From the NCBI RefSeq assembly GCF_028641065.1, contig NC_073381.1, positions 84,134,001-84,198,000 on the forward strand: a stretch of 64,000 nt of DNA, in the 5' to 3' direction. The number at the start of each line of letters is the position of its first letter. Positions within the stretch are counted from its first letter, which is position 1. This document shows, in pieces, positions 36,251 through 64,000 of the stretch. Position numbers and translations under genes: made by a program. The notes under the pieces are model-generated. The model was not told the origin of the DNA and searched no databases. It worked only from the letters and a program-made list of their open reading frames with translations. The stretch comes from Leucoraja erinacea. Its lineage: Eukaryota.

Positions 36251-37049
36251 TATGGACCAAGCGCAAGCAAGTGGGACTAGTGTAGCTGGCACATGTTGGC
36301 CGGTGTGGGCAAGTTGGGCCGAGGGGCCTGTTTCCACTCTGTCTCGCTCTAAGACTATCACTTGCCTGGCTTTGTCCTGCCCCCATCTCTTCCAGCCCTA
36401 TCACTCAGCTGAGTTTCTCCAGCATTTTGTTTTTTTAAATGATAACTCAATTTCAAGACCAATGTGCTGTGGCACAGGGGCATTCTCCAACAGAGTCAGA
36501 TCCCATTGGGAGATATGAAAGCAGGCAAGAGGCAAAGCCTCCATTCCTTGAGCAAATGAAGCATAGCTCAGGACACCTTTACCCATTGATGCAGGGCAGT
36601 GATGGGAGGGTGTAAGGTCTGCAGTACCTGGGAATGTGCATCTCCCCCTATTCCCACTTGTGATACCAAGTGGTAGAGAGAGGGGCAGAGCTGGCAGGCC
36701 ACTGTCTCAGGGGACTGGTGCTTCTGGCGAGATTGGGAGTTGCAATTTTGATACAGGCAAGATGCTGTAAAGCTGGATAGTGCAAAAAGATTTTTGTGGA
36801 TGTTACCAGGACGTGAGGGTTTGAGTAATAGGGAGAGGTTGGGCGTGCTTGGACTTTATTCGTTGGTGCGAGAGAGGCTCAAAGGCAATATAGAGATGTA
36901 TAAAAATATGGGGGGTGGGGAATAGATATAGTTTACGCACAGTATACCCAGGGTAGTGGATTCAAGAACTAGAGGGCATAGTTTTAAGGTGAGGGGTAAA
37001 ATTTAGAAGGGACCTGAGGGATAACCTTTCACACAGAGGATATTATGTA

Positions 37050-38923
37050 CAGTGCATTCAGAAAGTATCCGAACCCCTTCACTTTTTCCACATTTTGTTA
37101 CGTTACAGCATTTAAAAATTGATTAAATTCAAAATTTTTATCATCAATCTACACTCAATACCCCAGAATGAAGAAGCAAAAACGGGTGTTTAGACTTTTT
37201 GCAAAGTAATTAAAAAGAAATAACTGAAATATTACATTAACATAAGTATTCAGACCCTTTGCTATGACATTCAAAATTGAGCTTAGGTTCATCCTGTTTC
37301 CAGTGATTATCCTTGAGATGTTTTGACAACTTGATTGGAGTCCACCAGTGGTAAATTGCCTGGAGCAGAGCCTGTCAACACCAACAGCAGAGAGGTCATC
37401 GCAGACCCCACAATGAAACCACAGGGATTGAACCTCCTTCGCAAGGAATGGCTAATCCTGAACAGAACCCGCACCCTCCATGCAAGAACAGCCCATCACC
37501 TGCATAAGTGGGGGCTGACAGACAGTCCTGCTTGCGACTGCAGACATCCAGACCAGACCATCCCACACATCGTGAATGACTGCTCACTGAGGCATTTCCA
37601 TGGGGGCATCAAAGCTATCCACCCAGTAACTGATGCTGTCCTGGATGTCTACCCTTGATCGACAAATTTTCAAAAAGAAGTGGGAAATTAAATTGATTTA
37701 ACATGATTTGGAAAGGCACACACCTGTCTATATAAGGTCCCACAGTTGACAGTGCATGTCAGAGCAAAAACCAAGCCATGAAGACGAAGGAATTGTCCGT
37801 AGGCCTCCGAGACAGAATTGTATCGACACAGATCTGGGGAAGGGTATAAAACAATTTCTGCAGCATTGCAGGTCCCGAAGAACGCAGTGGCCTCTGTCAT
37901 TCTTAAATGGAAGAACTTTGGAACCACCAGGACTCTTCATAGAGCTGGTCGTCCAGCCAAACTGAGCAATCGGGGGAGAAGGGCCTTGGTCAGGGAGGTG
38001 ACCAAGAACCCGATGGTCACTCTGACAGAGCTCCAGGGTTCCTCTGTGGAGATGGGAAAACCTTCCAGAAGGACAACGACATCTGCAGCACTCCACCAAT
38101 CAGGCCTTTATGATAGAGTGGCCAGACAGAATCCACTCCTCAGTAAAAGGCACATGACAGCCCGCTTGGAGTTTGCCAAAAGGCATGAGAAACAAGATTC
38201 TTGGTTTCATCAGACCAAAGACTCTTTGGCCTGAATGCCAAGCGTCACGTCTTAAATTCTTAAAGTGAAGCATGGTGGAGGCAGCATCATGCTGTGGGGA
38301 TGTTTTTCAGCGGCAAGAACTGGGAGAATAGTCCGGATCGAGGCAAAGATGAACGGAGCAAAGTACAGAGAGATCCTTGAGCTTTCCAGAGCGTTCTGTA
38401 CTCAGACTGGGGCGGAGGTTCACCTTCAACAGGACAACGACCCTAAGCACACAGCCAAGACAACTCCGGAGTGGCTTTGTGACAAGTTTGTGAATGTCCT
38501 TGAGTGGCCCAGCCAGAGCCCGCACTTGAACCCGAACATCCCTGGAGGGACCTGAAAATAGCTGTGCATCGATGCTCCCCATCCAACCTGACAGAGCTTG
38601 AGAGGATCTACAGAGAAGAATGGGAGAAATTACCCAAATACAGGTGTACCAAGCTTATAGCATCATACCCAGGAAGACTTGAGGCTGTAATCGCTGCTAA
38701 AGGTGCCTCAACAAAGTACTGAGTAAAGGGTCTGAATACTTATGTAAATGTGATATCAGTTATTTCTTTTTAATTACTTTGCAAAAATTTCTAAACACCT
38801 GTTTTCACTTTTTTATTATGGGGTATTGTGTGTAGATTCATGATAAAAAAAATTAAGAATAAGGCTGTAACGTAACAAAATGTGGAAAAAGTGAAGGGGT
38901 CTGAATATTTTCTGAATGCACTG
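37050..38923 (+). mobile_element. Tc1/mariner transposon with long TIRs, TA duplication and a degenerate transposase (~37778-38722)
   Basis: TA|cagtgcattcagaa ... ttctgaatgcactg|TA with ~200-bp inverted repeats. Transposase fragments 'RHRSGEGYKTISAALQVP', '[14 protein letters not shown]', 'QQDNDPKH', '[12 protein letters not shown]'. Inserted into a CR1 tail. Confidence 0.95.
37358..37685 (+). mobile_element. RTE-like LINE 3' fragment nested in the Tc1
   Basis: 'EWLILNRTRTLHARTAHHLHKWGLTDSPACDCRHPDQTIPHIVNDC' is a non-LTR C-terminal Cys/His motif; it interrupts the Tc1 5' region. Confidence 0.65.
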
Positions 38924-40426
38924 TATATGTAATGAGCTGTCAGGGGCAAGGACAGCAACAATTAAAGATTTTCCCAACCTGTCTCCTTGCAGTTCAGAGC
39001 CTTGTACTGGGAATATTCTCATAAACTGTAACATAACATCCTAATTTCTATACTCGATTTCCTGACTCATGAAGACAAACATGCCAAAATCCTTCTTCAC
39101 CACCCTATCTACCTGTGATACTACTTTCAAGGAACTATGTACATATACTAGATCCCTCTGCTCCACAACACTCCCCATAATCCCTACTATTCACTGTGAT
39201 GGTCCTGCCCTGGTTTGACTTCCCAAAATGAAACACCTCATAGGTATCTGAATTATACTGCATTTACCATTTCTCAGCCTATTTGCCCGGTAACCTTCTG
39301 CTACTTGAAAACCACCTAGTTTTGTGTCATGTGCAAACTTAATAATCGTGCTTTATACATTATCATCCAAGCGATAAAGATGACAAACAGCAATGGGCCC
39401 CAGCACCGATCCCTGAAGCACACAAGTAGACGCCACCATTGGGCCATATCCTCTTCTCACTGCTACCAGTGGGCAGGAGGTACAGAAGGTCGTTGTCCCA
39501 CATCACCAGGTTCAGAGTCTTACAGCACAGAAACAGGCCCTTCTACCCAACCTGCCCATGCCAACCAAGACCATCCCATCTACACTTGTCCCACCTGCCC
39601 ATGTTTGGTCCATATCCCTCTACACCTATCCTATCCATGTACCTGTCCAATGTCTTTTGCATGCTGTTATAGTACCTGCCTTAGCTACGTTTTACTGGCA
39701 CATTGTTCCATATAGTCGCCACACCGTGTGGATAAAGCTGCCCCTCAGATTGCTATTAAATCTTCACCTTAAATCTGTCTTCTGGCTCTTGATTTTATTA
39801 CTCTGGGTAAAAGATTCAAATCCTTCCTATCTTTCCCCCTCATAATCCTATACACGAATGTCACCCCTCAGCCTCCTGCACTCCCAGAATTAAATCTTAG
39901 CCTGCCCTGCCTCATGATCAATCAGGCCCTCAAATCCTGGTAATACCCTTGTAAATCTCTACACTCTTTCCATCTTAACAACATGCTTCCTATAATAGGG
40001 TGACCAAAACTGAATACAATATTCCAAATGCAGCCTCACCAACTGCAACATAGGATACGGTACTGGTCATATGACAATAAACAATTGAATTTGAGTCATG
40101 TGAAGATACAAAGTGCGGGAGTAACTCAGCAGATCAGGCAGCATTGGTGGAGAACACGGTTTGGAGTTGGGGCCCTTCTTCAGACTCTCTGGAGAACACA
40201 GATAGGTGATGTTTCAGGTCAGGACCCTTCTTCAGAGAGACACGCTTTGTGTTTTCTTATGTAAACCAGTATCTGCAGTTCCTTGTTTCCTTTTTTGACT
40301 TAAGTCACAGTCGACTTGACTTGAGCACGTTAGAGAGAGAACCCAGATGTTTGCGTGTGTTGCTGACATTCCCAGACAGATGGAGGGCTTGGTTTTATCA
40401 CACAGCACTCCCTTTTAAAATCAAAC

Positions 40427-40432
40427 TTTATT
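40427..40432 (-). terminator. Candidate KLC4 polyadenylation signal
   Basis: AATAAA on the minus strand ~1.5 kb beyond the stop at 41899. Confidence 0.5.
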
Positions 40433-41898
40433 GAAGGAAAGCGATTGAAGATTGCATCAGAGAAGCACTGGGACCCCGAGCAAAATTCTGCAGATGCTAG
40501 AAGTCCAAAATAAAAACAGAGAGCACTGCAAACACTCAGCGGGTCTAGCACCACCTGTGAAGAGAGGAATCAGGTTCATGTTTCAGGTCAGTGAGCCCTG
40601 TGGACCAGTCAATCGACCAGAGACGTTCACTTCATCTCCACGGCAGGTTGCTGGCTGAATATTTTCAGCTCTCTGTTCACGTCGCCATGACTTGAACCCA
40701 CTTGGTCTGCTTCAAGTGTGGGTTGTGTCCAGAATATTTAAAACAGGTTCATTCAGATGTCTACAACTACGGAGAATCGCAGGTCTGGTTTGGTTCGCTG
40801 GGAGAGAGACAACCACTCTCCTGTACGTAGTGTTTGAGGGAAGACTGCACCCAGTGCCAGCTGCAAGGGCTAGCCGATGTTACGAGGTGTTGGACGAGAG
40901 CAGCTCCCTGTTGTGTCTGCAGTCAGATGGGAGCAGTTTGGTGATAGCGGGGCCAGGCCGGAGCCGTGTCCCTGTTCCCTCTCGCTGCTTCCTGCAGGAA
41001 GCAGTCAGCGAGGTGCAGGGCGTGGCCTTGGTCCTGTCCCATCACAGCAGAGAGAGACCCAGGGCCGAGCTCAGTGGGGTGGTGGCAGGAACAGGGAGGG
41101 AGGGAGGGGATCCCGCAGGTAAAGAGAGGGAGGAAGTGGGATGAATGGGCTGCAGGGAGACGGGGGTGGAGAGGGCACTAACCCCGGGGGAGAGCGAGGA
41201 ACTGGTTGATGAGGCACAGGCCCTGGGGTGACGCAGCTTCACTCCGGGGGCAAGGGAACATCCTGAGGATGAAGGAGTTTCTCCCTCTGCTCATCCCTCC
41301 TGCCCTTCAGCCCATCGACTCGCTGCCAGCCCGCAGCACAATCCCCCTTCTCCCAGTCCCCACATTGCTGTCTAACATGTTCTGTGACACCCCCCCCCCC
41401 CCCCCCCAAACTCCCACCACCCCCCCTGCTACAGGAAAAGGCCATTCAGCCCATTGAGTTCATACCGGCTCATAAGCACCCTCAGTCCCCACTCATTCTA
41501 CCCACCCGCCCTTTCTCCCGCATATTCTACTTCTCACCATTATAGAGGTAATATACAGCAGCCAGTTAACCCCCCACCCCGACCCACACATCTCTGGGAA
41601 GTGGGAGGAAGCAGAGCTCCCGCGGGAAACCCACGCTGTCACAGGGAGAACATGCAAACTCCACACAGACAGCAGCCAAGGTCAGGATTGAAAATGGGTC
41701 TCTGGAGCGTAAGACAGCACCACCTCCCCATGCCTTTTCCCCCTCTTCCCCCCTGGCCCTCCCTCCCCATCCTGTCCAATCCACCATCCCCATCTTCAGG
41801 GCTCTGTTCAACAGTAGGGGGCTTGCCCTGGGGAGGGAGAGGATTGTGGCCAGCACGAAGTTGAGGGGCTAAAGGTGAGAGTGGGGAGGTGAGGGTCC

Positions 41899-60472
<18,574 letters not shown>

Positions 60473-60682
60473 CTGGGGGCGGCGGGGGGGGGGGGGGGGG
60501 GGGGGGGGGGGGCGGTCAGCACCAAAGGCAATGGAGGGCGCGGGACCAGTAACCGTCACCCATGACGGAGAGAACGCAACAAAAAGCCTTTCACGTACAC
60601 CGAAATAACTAAAACTGAACTGAACAATGACAGGTCCCGGGAACGGGTGGTTTTTCTGACGGGCCGGCCTGGCTGGTCTCAG

Positions 60683-60916
60683 CACCCTGCCTGGGCTGGG
60701 CCTGGGGCGCCTGCCCAGGGCAGCACTCGCTGGCTGGGGTCCCCGGCCCTGGCTGTCGCCTCCCTGCAGTCAGAGCGAGGGCTGCCTGGCTCGGCCAGCC
60801 TGAGCAACAACAGATGCGACTGGAAGCAGCGCAGCAAGTACACCTCCGGCCTATCGGGCCATGAAGAAGACTGGNNNNNNNNNNNNNNNNNNNNNNNNNC
60901 GGGCGGGACCACACTG
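60683..60916 (+). CDS. MRPL2: Internal exon of mitochondrial ribosomal protein L2 (contains indels and the N gap)
   Basis: Reads WKQRSKYT / RPIG / MKKTG-[N25]-GRDHT(G) and ends at donor G|gtacgt. This resembles vertebrate uL2m 'WKSRTKYT..MRKSGGRDHTGR' (recalled). The acceptor at 60681-60682 is tentative. Confidence 0.75.
60875..60899. other. Assembly gap (25 N)
   Basis: Run of n. Confidence 1.
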
Positions 60917-61524
60917 GTACGTGGCACAGGGAGGCTGCAGCCATCAACGGGGGTGCAGACCCACCGCAGAACCCTTCTCACTGTGGTCAAACTAAATTCC
61001 CAACTCCCGGGTCCCTCCCCCTCGCCCCCACCTCCTCCTTCTTTCTCCTTCCTCAACCCTGTCCTTTCTCCTTCCTCTTCCCCACCCCCCCCGTTGTCCC
61101 TTCCACCCTCTCCTTGGACCCCCCCCCCCCCCTTCTTTCTCTGACCCTTCTCTTCCCTCTCCCCTATCTGGATCCCCCACAGTCCCCTAACCTCTCTTGG
61201 GTTGCTTCTTCCCCCCCTCCTCTCACAGGTCCCTTATCTCCTCCTCCTCTTTCCTGGGACCATCCGGGAGTGGTGTGGAAGAGTTGCTGCCAATGATGGA
61301 AATGGGTTTTAGGAACTAGGGGTACTCTAAGGTCCGTGAGGCTGAGGTTGGGAAGGTAGGAGGGGCGGGGGGGGGTTATTTATGTGCAGTCATGCCCATG
61401 TAAGAGTACAAGAATGCATAACTTGTTTATTGTGTATTTATAATATCGTTTATGGTGTATTATATGTCATAGCTGCTTTCTTGCATATCTCTCTCTCTGT
61501 GTGATTGGCTGCAGCCATCGTCTC

Positions 61525-63808
61525 CAATATCATAGCCACCAATATCAAGCACGCGTATAGAGCCATCCCCCTCCCCCAACTCGGCCAGTCAGATCATCTC
61601 TCCCTCCTGCTCTCTCCAGCCTACACCCCCCTCAGACGCAGTGCCAGGCCCACCATAAAATCTGTTACAACCTGGCCTGAAAATGCACTCTCCAATCTAC
61701 AGGATTGCTTTACCCAGACAAACTGGGACATATTCGAACACCAGGACCTGGAAACTCTCACAGAATCGGTGCTGGACTATATCAAGTTCTGCATCGGAAA
61801 TGTGACTGTAGACAAAAACATACGGGTTTTCCCAAACCAGAAACCCTGGATGTCCAGCCAGGTCCGCACACTCCTCGGAGCCCGCGATGCTGCCTTCAGG
61901 TCAGGTGACAGAGCTCTGTTCAGGGCTGCTCGAGCCGACCTGAAAAGTGGTATTAAAAAGGCCAAGGCGGATCACAAGAGGAGCATAGAGTCCCACTTGT
62001 CCAGCAATAATACACGGGAGGTATGGCGGGGCATACAAGACATTACCAACTACAGAGGCTGTGCCACAAAGTCAGAAGACTTGAGTGCGCCGCTGGCAGA
62101 AAAGCTAAATTGCTTCTTCTCCCGCTTTGAGACATCACAACAGCAGCACTCACCTGCTACAGCCCTGTTCCCACCCTCACCTGGCTCCTGTACTACCCCA
62201 CTCACTGTCGGGGAACACGATGTCAGACGGGTGCTCCTGGCAGTGAACCCCAAGAAGGCTACCGGCCCAGATGGAGTCCCTGGTAAGGTGCTCAAAGCGT
62301 GCGCCCACCAGCTCACTGCCATCTTCACCAGAATTTTCAATCTCTCCCTGGCCCAGGCAGTTATTCCGTCCTGCCTAAAATCAGCCACAATCGTCCCTGT
62401 GCCGCAGAAGTCTCCCATCACCAGCCTTAATGACTACCGTCCTGTTGCCCTCACTCCGGTAATCACGAAGTGCTTCGAGAGATTGGTCCTCCAGCACATC
62501 AAGGACTATCTACCACCAGACTTCGACCCCCACCAATTCGCTTATCGCCAAAACAGATCCACAGAAGACGCCATCACCGTAGCTCTCCACTCTGTGCTGA
62601 GCCATCTGGAGCAGGGGCAGAGCTACGTCCGGATGCTCTTTGTGGATTTTAGTTCAGCCTTTAACACAATCATCCCGGACATCCTCATTGGTAAACTGGT
62701 CACTCTCGGCCTCCCCACTGTCACATGTGCCTGGATTAAGGATTTCCTCACAAACCGGCCCCAGACTGTGAGACTTGGCCCCCACCTCTCCTCCACTCGC
62801 AGGTTGAGTACCGGTTCCCCACAGGGCTGTGTGCTAAGCCCCCTCTTATACTGTCTCTACACCTACGACTGTAGTCCGGCCCACAACAACAACCGCATCG
62901 TCAAATTTGCTGACGACACTACTGTGGTCGGACTTATTTCAAAGGGAGACGAGGCAGCCTACAGAGAGGAAGTCCTGAAGTTGACAACCTGGTGCTCAGA
63001 AAACAATCTGGCTCTGAACACCAGGAAAACAAAAGAGCTCATTGTCGTCTTCAGGAGGCACAGCACCGACTTAGCCCCCCTACACATCAACGGCGAGTGT
63101 GTGGAGAGGGTCAACACCTTCCGGTTTCTCGGCGTCCATATCGCGGCTGACATCTCCTGGACGGACAACACGACAGCGGTCATCAAGAAGGCTCAGCAGC
63201 GGCTGCACTTCCTGAGGGTCCTCAGGAAGCACAACCTAGACTCTAACCTGCTGCTGACCTTCTACCGCTCGTCCATCGAGAGCCTGCTGACATACTGCAT
63301 TACAGCATGGTATGGCAGCTGCACCATGGCAGACAGGGAGAGGCTTCAGAGGGTAACCAGGACAGCGCAGAGGATCATTGGTTGCCCTCTCCCCTCCCCT
63401 GATGGACATCTACACCTCCCGCTGCCTTAGCAGGGCAAAGAAGATCACCAAAGACAGCTCCCATCCTGCGTTTGGACTGTTCGACCTGCTGCCCTCTGGA
63501 AGGCGCTATAGGTGCATCAAATCCAGGACAAACAGACTCAGGAATAGCTGCTTCCCGAGAATTATATCTACCATGAATTCAAATCCACACATTCACTGAC
63601 TACACCGCCCAACACGGACTTCCATCTGTATATATGTATATATGTATGTAGCGCCGTAGAATTTGTGCACCTATTCCCCCCCCCATCTCCCTTCTGTTTT
63701 GTTTTCTGTTTCTTGTTTTTTGTGTAAAATTGTATGTATGCACTGAGTACGAGCAGCTTTCAGTTTCACTGTACATGTATAGTGACAATAAATGGCATAT
63801 CTATATCT
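61525..63808 (+). mobile_element. 5'-truncated Rex1/Babar-type LINE with a long open RT frame
   Basis: 641-aa ORF: endonuclease end 'LGQSDHLSL', 'KATGPDG', 'DYRPVALT', 'FVDFSSAFNTI', 'GSPQGCVLSPLL', 'KFADD'. One frameshift near 63410, stop at 63599, tail aataaatggcatatctatatct. Confidence 0.92.
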
Positions 63809-64000
63809 TCGGTGAGGGAAGCAGGCCGATGATTGATCAAAAGGCCCCTCGGACACTGATTGGCCGCCGAGTGACCAGCGAATTATGTGATTGGACACAA
63901 TGCCCTTGGAGACAGCGACTGATTGGACGGGAGGAGACTGATTTGTTGATTGGACGGGAATTTTAAGGGAAGCTGGTCGGTGATTGGACATAACCCCCTT

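Overview
GC-rich, repeat-dense vertebrate genomic DNA. The repeat set (CR1, L2/Rex-Babar, L1, Penelope, tRNA-derived SINEs, Tc1) suggests a cartilaginous fish such as a skate or ray; this is an inference. Four spliced protein-coding genes were rebuilt by hand from GT-AG boundaries. POLH (DNA polymerase eta, +, 10 coding exons, 680 aa) lies tail-to-tail with GTPBP2 (-, 12 exons, 651 aa). A kinesin light chain, most likely KLC4 (-), has 14 visible exons and lacks its 5' end. One MRPL2 exon (+) straddles the 25-N gap. All four are human 6p21.1 genes, but in a different order. Points of most interest: (i) a family of fold-back Penelope-derived elements whose consensus carries a minimal hammerhead ribozyme core on each arm; (ii) a candidate 'Ala-stop' alternative last exon plus an alternative donor in KLC4; (iii) a tandem array of NRF1-like motifs at the GTPBP2 promoter; (iv) a truncated THAP-domain DNA transposon; (v) a young L1 inserted into a SINE tRNA head; (vi) a probable assembly collapse at the KLC4/MRPL2 junction. 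No alignments or database searches were run, so repeat boundaries are approximate.
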